This document shows, in pieces, positions 1-10,059 of a stretch of DNA of 28,536 nt. The position numbers and the translations under genes are program-made. Source of the stretch: a virus. Under the pieces are notes generated by a model. The model searched no databases. It was not told the DNA's origin and saw only the letters and a program-made list of their open reading frames with translations. The stretch lies in UHGV virus genome UHGV-1508137. One strand, given 5' to 3'. Within the stretch, counting starts at the first letter, position 1. Each line of letters opens with the position of its first letter.

Positions 1-46
1 AGGTTGCTCCGGGCTATGAAATAGAAAAATGAATCCGTTGAAGCCT
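1..46. other. host chromosomal flank (bacterial B arm of attB)
   Basis: Sequence left of the 15-bp core (ccgttgaagcct) matches the E. coli attB left arm as I recall it, not the phage P arm; phage P' arm follows the core. Confidence 0.6.
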
Positions 47-150
47 GCTTTTTTATACTAAGTTGGCATTATAAAAAAGCATTGCTTATCAATTTGTTGC
101 AACGAACAGGTCACTATCAGTCAAAATAAAATCATTATTTGATTTCAATT
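47..150 (+). other. attL: attL (B-O-P'): 15-bp common core gcttttttatactaa at 47-61 followed by P' arm with Int arm-type sites (aggtcactat, cagtcaaaat)
   Basis: Exact lambda core sequence read directly; P' arm sequence continues into the int 3' end as in lambda. Confidence 0.85.
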
Positions 151-1205
151 TTGTCCCACTCCCTGCCTCTGTCATCACGATACTGTGATGCCATGGTGTC
201 CGACTTATGCCCGAGAAGATGTTGAGCAAACTTATCGCTTATCTGCTTCTCATAGAGTCTTGCAGACAAACTGCGCAACTCGTGAAAGGTAGGCGGATCC
301 CCTTCGAAGGAAAGACCTGATGCTTTTCGTGCGCGCATAAAATACCTTGATACTGTGCCGGATGAAAGCGGTTCGCGACGAGTAGATGCAATTATGGTTT
401 CTCCGCCAAGAATCTCTTTGCATTTATCAAGTGTTTCCTTCATTGATATTCCGAGAGCATCAACATGCAATGCTGTTGGGATGGCAATTTTTACGCCTGT
501 TTTGCTTTGCTCGACATAAAGATATCCATCTACGATATCAGACCACTTCATTTCGCATAAATCACCAACTCGTTGCCCGGTAACAACAGCCAGTTCCATT
601 GCAAGTCTGAGCCAACATGGTGATGATTCTGCTGCTTGATAAATTTTCAGGTATTCGTCAGCCGTAAGTCTTGATCTCCTTACCTCTGATTTTGCTGCGC
701 GAGTGGCAGCGACAGGGTTTGTTGTTATATGGCCTTCAGCTATTGCCTCTCGGAATGCATCGCTCAGTGTTGATCTGATTAACTTGGCTGACGCCGCCTT
801 GCCCTCGTCTATGTATCCATTGAGCATTGCCGCAATTTCTTTTGTGGTGATGTCTTCAAGTGGAGCATCAGGCAGACCCCTCCTTATTGCTTTAATTTTG
901 CTCATGTAATTTATGAGTGTCTTCTGCTTGATTCCTCTGCTGGCCAGGATTTTTTCGTAGCGATCAAGCCATGAATGTAACGTAACGGAATTATCACTGT
1001 TGATTCTCGCTGTCAGAGGCTTGTGTTTGTGTCCTGAAAATAACTCAATGTTGGCCTGTATAGCTTCAGTGATTGCGATTCGCCTGTCTCGGCCTAATCC
1101 AAACTCTTTACCCGTCCTTGGGTCCCTGTAGCAGTAATATCCATTGTTTCTTATATAAAGGTTAGGGGGTAAATCCCGGCGCTCATGACTTCGCCTTCTT
1201 CCCAT
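135..1205 (-). CDS. int: integrase (tyrosine recombinase), 356 aa
   Basis: ORF translation matches lambda Int over its full length (MGRRRSHERRDLPPNLYIRNNGYYCYRDPRTGKEF...), same length as lambda Int. Confidence 0.97.
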   Translation of the reverse strand: MGRRRSHERRDLPPNLYIRNNGYYCYRDPRTGKEFGLGRDRRIAITEAIQANIELFSGHKHKPLTARINSDNSVTLHSWLDRYEKILASRGIKQKTLINYMSKIKAIRRGLPDAPLEDITTKEIAAMLNGYIDEGKAASAKLIRSTLSDAFREAIAEGHITTNPVAATRAAKSEVRRSRLTADEYLKIYQAAESSPCWLRLAMELAVVTGQRVGDLCEMKWSDIVDGYLYVEQSKTGVKIAIPTALHVDALGISMKETLDKCKEILGGETIIASTRREPLSSGTVSRYFMRARKASGLSFEGDPPTFHELRSLSARLYEKQISDKFAQHLLGHKSDTMASQYRDDRGREWDKIEIK

Positions 1206-1401
1206 TTCTGATCCTCTTCAAAAGGCTACCTGTTACTGGTCGATTTAAGTCAACCTTTACCGCTGATTCGTGGAACAGATACTCTCTTCCATCCTTAACC
1301 GGAGGAGGGAATATCCTGCACTCGCGTACCCATCGACGAACTGTTTCAAGGCTTCTTGGGCGTCGCTGGCGTGCGTTCCACTCCTGAAGTGTCAAGTACA
1401 T
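1183..1401 (-). CDS. xis: excisionase, 72 aa
   Basis: MYLTLQEWNARQRRPRSLETVRRWVRECRIFPPPVKDGREYLFHESAVKVDLNRPV... matches lambda Xis; overlaps int 3' end as in lambda. Confidence 0.95.
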   Translation of the reverse strand: MYLTLQEWNARQRRPRSLETVRRWVRECRIFPPPVKDGREYLFHESAVKVDLNRPVTGSLLKRIRNGKKAKS

Positions 1402-1430
1402 CGCAAAGTCTCCGCAATTACACGCAAGAA
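1395..1430 (-). promoter_or_regulatory. pI promoter region with CII-type TTGC-N6-TTGC motif (ttgcgtgtaattgc on minus strand) overlapping xis start
   Basis: Reverse complement of 1414-1427 reads ttgcgtgtaattgc immediately upstream of the xis ATG, as in lambda pI. Confidence 0.6.
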
Positions 1431-1499
1431 AAAACTGCCATCAGGCGGCTTGGTGTTCTTTCAGTTCTTCAATTCGAATATTGGTTACGTCTGCATGTG

Positions 1500-1700
1500 C
1501 TATCTGCGCCCACAGCATCCAGTGGTCATAGCAGTCGCTGATGTTCTCGGCTTCGATAACTCTGTTGAATGGTTCTCCATTCCATTCACCTGTGACTCGG
1601 AAGTGCATTTATCATCTCCATAAAACAAAACCCGCCGTAGCGAGTTCAGATAAAAGAAATCCTCGTCAGTGCGAGGATGCTGTTCATTGCTGCTATACAC
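1500..1700 (-). CDS. hypothetical small protein (66 codons, GTG start)
   Basis: Open frame only; start codon is GTG with a gagag motif upstream; no recognisable motif. Weak call. Confidence 0.3.
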   Translation of the reverse strand: MYSSNEQHPRTDEDFFYLNSLRRVLFYGDDKCTSESQVNGMENHSTELSKPRTSATAMTTGCCGRR

Positions 1701-1850
1701 TTTTTTGCTCTCAACGTAAGCGGTAGCCCATTCTGTTGGGTTGGTGCAGTTGCTTTTAGGAAATGCTATTTACCCCTTAAATGTCGGCTGAAAGAGCTAA
1801 AATCCATGCAAAAAATTTACGCAATTTTGTGTATTATTGTGCAGTAAGTA

Positions 1851-2453
1851 ATGAGCTATTTTCTGCGCAAAAAATGGATGGTAAATTTGTCCGGGTCAGG
1901 AAAAATTTTATGGGCGCTAAACATGAAAAAAGATTCGTATCCTTATTTGATTTGCATGACAGTTTCAGGGCTGATCTTTATTTTCCTTTTCTTCTGGTGG
2001 CGGGCAGATATCTACAGGGTCACGTTTCTTAATCAGAGTATATCCCACTATTACATTCTGTTTAGCATGGGAATAGCTTTTCTGTTATCTCTGTTTTGGG
2101 TTAAGAAGGGGATAGTAAAACAAAGCGGCTGGAAGAGTCTGTCAGCATACCTTAAGGTTTATGCAGGGATGTGCATATTTGCTGGATTTTTTCTGATTAT
2201 ACCCCTTACGACACTAACTTATTTTTTGCCTGGAGAGACATCGTCTTATGTTGCACCGTATCGGTATACTTCCGGTAGTTCAAAAAGTTGTTCTGGAGCT
2301 GAGGTGGATGACCCCGATCTACATGAGAATATTCGCATTTGCTATCCGTATGGCAATTATGAGTACGATAATATTATCTATGTTGAAAAGAAAATTAATA
2401 TATTAGGTGCGGTAGTGACATATGCACAGACCGCGCGTGATGATACTGAATGA
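1851..2453 (+). CDS. hypothetical integral membrane protein, 200 aa (alternative starts at 1878 or 1923), 3 predicted TM helices plus ~80-aa C-terminal soluble region
   Basis: ORF on the strand opposite to int/xis/exo; visibly AT-rich; hydrophobic segments LICMTVSGLIFIFLFFWW, YYILFSMGIAFLLSLFWV, VYAGMCIFAGFFLIIPLTTL. Confidence 0.6.
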   Translation: MSYFLRKKWMVNLSGSGKILWALNMKKDSYPYLICMTVSGLIFIFLFFWWRADIYRVTFLNQSISHYYILFSMGIAFLLSLFWVKKGIVKQSGWKSLSAYLKVYAGMCIFAGFFLIIPLTTLTYFLPGETSSYVAPYRYTSGSSKSCSGAEVDDPDLHENIRICYPYGNYEYDNIIYVEKKINILGAVVTYAQTARDDTE

Positions 2454-2487
2454 TATAGTATATAGCGGGCAAGTTTTAGTTAATTTA

Positions 2488-2525
2488 TCGAGGTAATATA
2501 ATTTACCTCGACTCGTTTGTTCTGG
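2488..2525 (+). terminator. hairpin (9-bp perfect stem tcgaggtaa/ttacctcga) followed by U-rich tract; putative terminator after the membrane-protein gene
   Basis: Inverted repeat read directly from sequence; downstream ctcgtttgttct. Confidence 0.4.
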
Positions 2526-2663
2526 TATTAATATTTCGCTTTACGACCGATTTTTATCTGATGATATCATGCGGTTTTCATATACTGACTTACTGTCTTT
2601 TCTCCGTTAGCGATTTTCTCCTGCTCAGCGATGATTTTATCTTTGGCTTCTAGTTAATTTCGC

Positions 2664-2885
2664 TCACTTCGAACCTCTCTGTTTACTGATAAGCTCCAGA
2701 TCTTCCTGGCAACTTGCACAAGTCCGACAACCCTGAACGACTAGGTGTCTTCGTTCATCTATCGGATCGCCACACTCACAACAATGAGTGGCAGATATAG
2801 CCTGGTGGTTCAGGCGGCGCATTTTTATTGCTGTGTTGCGCTGTAATTCTTCAATTTCTGATGCTGAATCAATGATGTCTGCCAT
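2664..2885 (-). CDS. TraR/DksA-family C4 zinc-finger protein, 73 aa (same family and size as the TraR-like Orf73 reported for lambda)
   Basis: C-x2-C-x17-C-x2-C motif (CCECGDPIDERRHLVVQGCRTCASC), size and position in early-left operon. Confidence 0.8.
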   Translation of the reverse strand: MADIIDSASEIEELQRNTAIKMRRLNHQAISATHCCECGDPIDERRHLVVQGCRTCASCQEDLELISKQRGSK

Positions 2886-2934
2886 CTTCCATTAATCCCT
2901 GAATTGTTGGTTAATACGCTTGAGGGTGAATGCG

Positions 2935-2961
2935 AATAATAAAAAAGGAGCCTGTAGCTCC
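2935..2961 (-). terminator. intrinsic terminator-like hairpin (ggagc/gctcc) followed on the minus strand by ttttttatt
   Basis: Inverted repeat plus U-tract read on the minus strand between two early-left ORFs. Confidence 0.45.
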
Positions 2962-2983
2962 CTGATGATTTTGCTTTTCATGT

Positions 2984-3265
2984 TCATCGTTCCTTAAAGA
3001 CGCCGTTTAACATGCCGATTGCCAGGCTTAAATGAGTCGGTGTGAATCCCATCAGCGTTACCGTTTCGCGGTGCTTCTTCAGTACGCTACGGCAAATGTC
3101 ATCGACGTTTTTATCCGGAAACTGCTGTCTGGCTTTTTTGATTTCAGAATTAGCCTGACGGGCAATGCTGCGAAGGGCGTTTTCCTGCTGAGGTGTCATT
3201 GAACAAGTCCCATGTCGGCAAGCATAAGCACACAGAATATGAAGCCCGCTGCCAGAAAAATGCAT
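2984..3265 (-). CDS. hypothetical early-left protein, 93 aa (possible alternative start giving 71 aa from MTPQQENALR)
   Basis: Open frame in operon orientation; in-frame stop immediately upstream of the first ATG; weak RBS for either start. Confidence 0.5.
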   Translation of the reverse strand: MHFSGSGLHILCAYACRHGTCSMTPQQENALRSIARQANSEIKKARQQFPDKNVDDICRSVLKKHRETVTLMGFTPTHLSLAIGMLNGVFKER

Positions 3266-3275
3266 TCAGTGGTTG

Positions 3276-3629
3276 TCATACCTGGTCTCTCTCATCTGCT
3301 TCTGCTTTCGCCACCATCATTTCCAGCTTTTGTGAAAGGGATGCGGCTAACGTGTGAAATTCTTCGTCTGTTTCTACTGGTATTGGCACAAACCTGACTC
3401 CAATTTGAGCGAGGCTATGTGCCATCTCGATACTCGTTCTTAACTCAACGGTAGATGCTTTGTGCATACAGCCCCCCCATTTATTATTTATCTCCTCAGC
3501 CAGCCGCTGTGCTTTCAGGGGATTTCGGATTACAGAAAGGCCGGGAAATACCCAGCCTCGCTTTGTAACGGAGTAGACGAAAGTGATTGCGCCTACCCGG
3601 ATATTATCGTGAGGATGCGTCATCGCCAT
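3276..3629 (-). CDS. small early protein, 117 aa; appears to be lambda orf60a and orf63 in one continuous frame (internal Met gives the 63-aa [10 protein letters not shown]... product)
   Basis: C-terminal 63 residues from an internal Met; N-terminal part abuts/overlaps the exo 3' end as lambda orf60a does. Confidence 0.6.
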   Translation of the reverse strand: MAMTHPHDNIRVGAITFVYSVTKRGWVFPGLSVIRNPLKAQRLAEEINNKWGGCMHKASTVELRTSIEMAHSLAQIGVRFVPIPVETDEEFHTLAASLSQKLEMMVAKAEADERDQV

Positions 3630-4300
3630 TGCTCCCCAAATACAAAACCAATTTCAGCCAGTGCCTCGTCCATTTTTTCGATGAACTCCGGCACCATCTC
3701 GTCAAAACTCGCCATGTACTTTTCATTCCGCTCAATCACGACATAATGCAGGCCTTCACGCTTCATGCGCGGGTCATAGTTGGCAAAGTACCAGGCATCT
3801 TTTCGCGTCACCCACATGCTGTACTGCACCTGGGCCATGTAAGCCGACTTTATGGCCTCGAAACCACCGAGCCGGAACTTCATGAAATCCCGGGAGGTAA
3901 ACGGGCATTTCAGCTCAAGGCCATTGCCGTCACTGCATAAACCATCGGGAGAGCAGGCGGTGCGCATACTTTCGTCGCGATAGATGATCGGGGATTCAGT
4001 AACATTCACGCCGGAAGTGAACTCAAAGAGGGCTCTGGCGTCGTTCTCGTACTGTTTTCCCCAGGCCAGCGCCTTAGCGTTAACTTCCGGAGCCACACCG
4101 GTGCAAACCTCGGCAAGCAGGGTGTGTAAGTAGGACATTTTCATGTCAGGCCATTTCTTTCCGGAGCGGGGTTTTGCTATCACATTGTGAACTTCTGAAG
4201 CGGTGATGACGCCGAGCCGTAATTTGTGCCACGCATCATCCCCCTGTTCGACAGCTCTCACGTCGATCCCGGTACGCTGCAGGATAATGTCCGGTGTCAT
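3620..4300 (-). CDS. exo: lambda exonuclease (Red-alpha), 226 aa
   Basis: [43 protein letters not shown]... matches lambda Exo; 4-nt overlap with bet. Confidence 0.97.
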   Translation of the reverse strand: MTPDIILQRTGIDVRAVEQGDDAWHKLRLGVITASEVHNVIAKPRSGKKWPDMKMSYLHTLLAEVCTGVAPEVNAKALAWGKQYENDARALFEFTSGVNVTESPIIYRDESMRTACSPDGLCSDGNGLELKCPFTSRDFMKFRLGGFEAIKSAYMAQVQYSMWVTRKDAWYFANYDPRMKREGLHYVVIERNEKYMASFDEMVPEFIEKMDEALAEIGFVFGEQWR

Positions 4301-5082
4301 GCTGCCACCTTCTGCTCAGTGGCTTTCTGTTTCAGGAATCCAAGAGCTTTCACTGCTTCGGCCTGTGTCAGTTCTGACGATGCTCGAATGTCGCGGCGAA
4401 ATATCTGGGAACAGAGCGGCAATAAGTCGTCATCCCATGTTTTATCCAGGGCGATCAGCAGAGTGTTAATCTCCTGCATGGTTTCATCGTTAACCGGAGT
4501 GATGTCGCGTTCCGGCTGACGTTCTGCAGTGTATGCGGTATTTTCGACAATGCGCTCGGCTTCATCCTTGTCATAGATACCCGCAAATCCGAAGGCCAGA
4601 CGGGCACACTGAATCATGGCTTTATGCCGTAACATCCGTTTGGGATGCGACTGCCACGGCCCCGTGATTTCTCTGCCTTCGCGGGTTTTGAATGGTTCGC
4701 GGCGGCATTCATCCATCCATTCGGTAACGCAGATCGGATGATTGCGGTCCTTGCGGTAAATCCGGCATGTACAGGATTCATTGTCCTGCTCAAAGTCCAT
4801 GCCATCAAACTGCTGGTTTTCATTGATGATGCGGGACCAGCCATCAACGCCCACCACCGGAACGATGCCGTTCTGCTTGTCAGGAAAGGCGTAAATTTCT
4901 TTCGTCCACGGATTAAGGCCGTACTGGTTGGCGACGATCAGCAATGCGATGAACTGCGCATCGCTGGCATCGCCTTTAAATGCCGTCTGGCGAAGAGTGG
5001 TGATCAGTTCCTGTGGGTCGACAGAATCCATGCCGACTCGTTCAGCCAGCTTCCCAGCCAGCGTTGCGAGTGCTGTACTCAT
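4297..5082 (-). CDS. bet: Red-beta single-strand annealing protein, 261 aa
   Basis: [66 protein letters not shown]... matches lambda Bet. Confidence 0.97.
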   Translation of the reverse strand: MSTALATLAGKLAERVGMDSVDPQELITTLRQTAFKGDASDAQFIALLIVANQYGLNPWTKEIYAFPDKQNGIVPVVGVDGWSRIINENQQFDGMDFEQDNESCTCRIYRKDRNHPICVTEWMDECRREPFKTREGREITGPWQSHPKRMLRHKAMIQCARLAFGFAGIYDKDEAERIVENTAYTAERQPERDITPVNDETMQEINTLLIALDKTWDDDLLPLCSQIFRRDIRASSELTQAEAVKALGFLKQKATEQKVAA

Positions 5083-5087
5083 CCGTT

Positions 5088-5504
5088 TTATACCTCTGAA
5101 TCAATATCAACCTGGTGGTGAGCAATGGTTTCAACCATGTACCGGATGTGTTCTGCCATGCGCTCCTGAAACTCAACATCGTCATCAAACGCACGGGTAA
5201 TGGCTTTTTTGCTGGCCCCGTGGCGTTGCAAATGATCGATGCATAGCGATTCAAACAGGTGCTGGGGCAGGCCTTTTTCCATGTCGTCTGCCAGTTCTGC
5301 CTCTTTCTCTTCACGGGCGATCTGCTGGTAGTGACGCGCCCAGCTCTGAGCCTCAAGACGATCCTGAATGTAATAAGCGTTCATGGCTGAACTCCTGAAA
5401 TAGCTGTGAAAATATCGCCCGCGAAATGCCAGGCTGATTAGGAAAACAGGAAAGGGGGTTAGTGAATGCTTTTGCTTGATCTCAGTTTCAGCATTAATAT
5501 CCAT
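5088..5504 (-). CDS. gam: Gam, RecBCD inhibitor, 138 aa
   Basis: [24 protein letters not shown]...[21 protein letters not shown] matches lambda Gam including internal Met of the short form. Confidence 0.95.
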   Translation of the reverse strand: MDINAETEIKQKHSLTPFPVFLISLAFRGRYFHSYFRSSAMNAYYIQDRLEAQSWARHYQQIAREEKEAELADDMEKGLPQHLFESLCIDHLQRHGASKKAITRAFDDDVEFQERMAEHIRYMVETIAHHQVDIDSEV

Positions 5505-5602
5505 TTTTTATAAGCGTCGACGGCTTCACGAAACATCTTTTCATCGCCAATAAAAGTGGCGATAGTGAATTTAGTCTGGATAGCCATAAGTGTTTGATCC
5601 AT
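5459..5602 (-). CDS. kil: Kil (FtsZ-targeting host killing protein), 47 aa
   Basis: [47 protein letters not shown] equals lambda Kil; the 89-codon frame in the ORF track is an upstream extension. Confidence 0.85.
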   Translation of the reverse strand: MDQTLMAIQTKFTIATFIGDEKMFREAVDAYKKWILMLKLRSSKSIH

Positions 5603-5735
5603 TCTTTGGGACTCCTGGCTGATTAAGTATGTCGATAAGGCGTTTCCATCCGTCACGTAATTTACGGGTGATTCGTTCAAGTAAAGATTCGGAAGGGCAG
5701 CCAGCAACAGGCCACCCTGCAATGGCATATTGCAT
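5571..5735 (-). CDS. cIII: CIII (FtsH/HflB inhibitor), 54 aa
   Basis: Hand translation of minus strand: [54 protein letters not shown]; overlaps kil by 32 nt as in lambda. Not in ORF track (below its length cut-off). Confidence 0.9.
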   Translation of the reverse strand: MQYAIAGWPVAGCPSESLLERITRKLRDGWKRLIDILNQPGVPKNGSNTYGYPD

Positions 5736-5807
5736 GGTGTGCTCCTTATTTATACATAACGAAAAACGCCTCGAGTGAAGCGTTATTGGTATGCGGTAAC
5801 GCCGCGC

Positions 5808-6176
5808 TCAGGCGGCTTTGATAGTCATATCATCTGGATCAAATATTCCTGATGTATCGATATCGGTAATTCTTATTCCTTCGCTACCATCCATTGGAGG
5901 CCATCCTTCCTGACCATTTCCATCATTCCAGTCGAACTCACACACAACACCATATGCATTTAAGTCGCTTGAAATTGCTATAAGCAGAGCATGTTGCGCC
6001 AGCATGATTAATACAGCATTTAATACAGAGCCGTGTTTATTGAGTCGGTATTCAGAGTCTGACCAGAAATTATTAATCTGGTGAAGTTTTTCCTCTGTCA
6101 TTACGTCATGGTCGATTTCAATTTCTATTGATGCTTTCCAGTCGTAATCAATGATGTATTTTTTGATGTTTGACAT
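5808..6176 (-). CDS. ea10: Ea10 (single-strand DNA binding protein), 122 aa
   Basis: MSNIKKYIIDYDWKASIEIEIDHDVMTEEKLHQINNFWSDSEYRLNKHGSVLNAV... matches lambda Ea10. Confidence 0.9.
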   Translation of the reverse strand: MSNIKKYIIDYDWKASIEIEIDHDVMTEEKLHQINNFWSDSEYRLNKHGSVLNAVLIMLAQHALLIAISSDLNAYGVVCEFDWNDGNGQEGWPPMDGSEGIRITDIDTSGIFDPDDMTIKAA

Positions 6177-6191
6177 CTATTCATATCCTCA

Positions 6192-6222
6192 TAGATAAAA
6201 AATCGCCCTCACACTGGAGGGC
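6192..6222 (-). terminator. intrinsic terminator (tL2-like): stem gccctc/gagggc then gattttttatc on the minus strand, just upstream of the ea10 RBS
   Basis: Hairpin plus U-tract read directly on the minus strand. Confidence 0.6.
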
Positions 6223-6358
6223 AAAGAAGATTTCCAATAATCAGAACAAGTCGGCTCCTGTTTAGTTACGAGCGACATTGCTCCGTGTATTCACTCGTTG
6301 GAATGAATACACAGTGCAGTGTTTATTCTGTTATTTATGCCAAAAATAAAGGCCACTA

Positions 6359-6456
6359 TCAGGCAGCTTTGTTGTTCTGTTTACCAAGTTCTCTGGCAAT
6401 CATTGCCGTCGTTCGTATTGCCCACACCATTGATTCTTATCAATAGTCGCAGTCAT
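6359..6456 (-). pseudogene. ral: ral remnant: N-terminal 12 codons (MTATIDKNQWCG) and C-terminal 21 codons (WAIRTTAMIARELGKQNNKAA) joined out of frame; ~100 bp internal deletion relative to 66-codon lambda ral
   Basis: Both ends translate to Ral termini in different frames; ATG frame stops after 18 codons; junction at a tgggca microhomology. Confidence 0.65.
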
Positions 6457-6578
6457 ACGGATAGTCCTGGTATTGTTCCATCACATCCTGAGGATGCTCT
6501 TCGAACTCTTCAAATTCTTCTTCCATATATCACCTTAAATAGTGGATTGCGGTAGTAAAGATTGTGCCTGTCTTTTAA

Positions 6579-7476
<898 letters not shown>

Positions 7477-7586
7477 CTGGATTCTCCTGTCAGTTAGCTT
7501 TGAGTAACGCGCCGTGATGCTTATCCCCACGGTTGCTGTCTTGCAGCTGCATTTCGCGCTACTCAAAGCTTTCTGCTTTGAATGCT

Positions 7587-7618
7587 GCCCTTCTTCAGGG
7601 CTAAATTTTTAAGAGCCT
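7587..7618 (-). promoter_or_regulatory. nutL: nutL (boxB gccctgaagaagggc and boxA-like gctcttaa on the minus strand)
   Basis: Reverse complement of 7587-7601 is the lambda boxB hairpin; boxA-like motif adjacent with one difference from the cgctctta consensus. Confidence 0.8.
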
Positions 7619-7649
7619 CACCTTCAATGGTGGTTAGTGCGTCCTGCTG

Positions 7650-7719
7650 ACGGGCTAAGTATCACCGCTAGTGGTATTTGTGTCAACACCGCTAGAGATA
7701 TTTTATCACCGCAAATGGT
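7650..7719 (-). promoter_or_regulatory. pL promoter with operators OL1 (7660-7676), OL2 (7684-7700), OL3 (7703-7719)
   Basis: Three 17-bp lambda-type operators (tatcaccgctagtggta, caacaccgctagagata, tatcaccgcaaatggtt); -35 ttgaca and -10 gatact on the minus strand. Confidence 0.9.
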
Positions 7720-7870
7720 TATCTGTATGTTTTTTATATGGATTTATTTTTTCGAGTGAGTGTATTGCCTCGGCGATGTAAGGAGAGATCAGAATTGCGT
7801 TGTTTAGTGAGTTGTATCTATTTATTTTCCAATAAATACAATTGGTTATGTGTTTTGGGGTGGGGCGATC

Positions 7871-7903
7871 GTGAGGCAAAGAAAAACCGGCGCTGAGGCC
7901 GGG
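7871..7903 (-). terminator. intrinsic terminator ending the cI operon (hairpin ccggcctcagcgccgg then tttttcttt on the minus strand), analogous in position to lambda tIMM
   Basis: Inverted repeat immediately after the stop of the 206-aa gene, followed by a U-tract. Confidence 0.65.
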
Positions 7904-8524
7904 TTAATGCTGGGGAGTGATTTTTTTGTTGTCTGTTGGCTGGGTATTTTGTGGCGGCGCTTGCAAAGTGGAAGGCTGTTGCAAAGGTGCGTGGTCTGAC
8001 TTTAAAGCTGATACCAGCCCGGGAATCGCAACTATTACAGCGATAATGACACTAAAAATGGCTAATCGTATAGAAATACCCGACTGAACACCACTAATTG
8101 CGGTATTAACCCCTGTTATTTGTCCTTGAATTCCTTCGAATCTCCCATTAATTGCTTTTAAATCGCCAGCAGCGCTATCCATTTTTCCATCGATCTTGGA
8201 CGATAGAGAGCTTATGGCCGCATTAAGTGATGCAAATTGGACATTAACGCTTTCACGAGATAGAGCCATGTCAGCCCTAATGGAAGAAGCAATAGACTCC
8301 ATCTCTGCTTTATTAGCAGCTAAGCGAGCATCAAGTTCCTCTCTGCTGATCGTTCCCACTTCTTCCTCCGTTTGTGGCGGTTTTATGTAATTATTTTGCA
8401 CCTTGGTGGGAGAATTATCAAATTCAGCCTCAAAATCGGAACCGCCAACAACCTTCAACCTCCGGCTTTCAGATATGTTGGTGTCTTGCTTTCCATGATT
8501 ATTTAAATTGCTGTCGTCACTCAT
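7904..8524 (-). CDS. hypothetical tail-anchored membrane protein, 206 aa (acidic N-terminus, long amphipathic/coiled-coil region, single C-terminal TM helix LAIFSVIIAVIVAIPGLVSAL, Pro/Gln-rich tail); second gene of the cI operon at the rexB position
   Basis: ATGA start/stop overlap with the upstream gene; AT-rich; not related to RexB as I recall it. Confidence 0.75.
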   Translation of the reverse strand: MSDDSNLNNHGKQDTNISESRRLKVVGGSDFEAEFDNSPTKVQNNYIKPPQTEEEVGTISREELDARLAANKAEMESIASSIRADMALSRESVNVQFASLNAAISSLSSKIDGKMDSAAGDLKAINGRFEGIQGQITGVNTAISGVQSGISIRLAIFSVIIAVIVAIPGLVSALKSDHAPLQQPSTLQAPPQNTQPTDNKKITPQH

Positions 8525-9005
8525 AATAGCTCTACGGTGAAAAATGATTCATTTTTATGAAGTTCATTTTTAGGGTCTTCATTATCTTGCAATCTCCCTA
8601 TAACACTATACAGCCCTTTAGCTGGGACCCTAATTTCTTTCAATGTTACTATTACCTGTCCGCCAACCCCTGTTTCAAAATGGCTATCTTTCGTATCGAT
8701 GAAAAGTGAAACTGATTCCGAAGATCCGTCAGGGAATTGAATTTCCTCACCTTTTTTTATAATTAGGTGCGCGGGGATTACCATAATACCCAAATTATAT
8801 CTTGAATTTGGTTTCAACCCGATCATACCAACCCTGAAATCAATTGATAGCCGCGCAGGAAATTCATTGCATGTAAAATTAAGCGTCGGTTGGTTGGGTT
8901 CTTCGCTGCTATCAAATGGGGTTATAAAAGATATTCTTTCTAAATTAAGTGCCATAAATTCTCCTGCATCGCTGTATGCTCTACGAGCATCTCGGCGACT
9001 TATCA

Positions 9006-9006
<1 letters not shown>
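8521..9006 (-). CDS. hypothetical soluble protein, 161 aa; first gene downstream of cI at the rexA position
   Basis: ATG overlaps the cI stop (tgATGa); AT-rich relative to cI; no TM segment; not related to RexA as I recall it. Confidence 0.75.
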
Positions 9007-9722
<716 letters not shown>

Positions 9723-9729
9723 TTAAATC

Positions 9730-9795
9730 TATCACCGCAAGGGATAAATATCTAACACCGTGCGTGTTGACTGTTTTACCTCTAGCGGTGATAAT
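9730..9795. promoter_or_regulatory. OR3 (9730-9746), OR2 (9753-9769), OR1 (9777-9793) with divergent promoters pRM and pR
   Basis: tatcaccgcaagggata, taacaccgtgcgtgttg, tacctctagcggtgata; pR -35 ttgact, -10 gataat. Confidence 0.9.
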
Positions 9796-9810
9796 AATTG
9801 CATGTACTAA

Positions 9811-10020
<210 letters not shown>

Positions 10021-10027
10021 ATAACAC

Positions 10028-10059
10028 CGCTCTTACACATCACAGCCCTGAAAAAGGGC
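10028..10059 (+). promoter_or_regulatory. nutR: nutR (boxA cgctctta, boxB gccctgaaaaagggc)
   Basis: Both lambda motifs read directly downstream of cro. Confidence 0.85.

Noticed and set aside
386-909. Plus-strand ORFs (65 and 68 codons) inside int
   Set aside because: Antisense to a confidently identified integrase gene; no independent signal.
1270-1623. 117-codon plus-strand ORF overlapping xis
   Set aside because: Antisense to xis and the pI region; no RBS or motif; chance open frame.
1781-2032. 83-codon ORF in an alternative frame at the start of the membrane-protein gene
   Set aside because: Overlaps the longer 200-codon frame that has the hydrophobic helices; shorter frame has no features.
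4645-5121. 158-codon plus-strand ORF inside bet
   Set aside because: Antisense to bet, which matches lambda Bet end to end.
5459-5728. 89-codon frame reported for kil
   Set aside because: Lambda Kil is 47 aa starting at the internal MDQTLM; the longer frame would overlap most of cIII.
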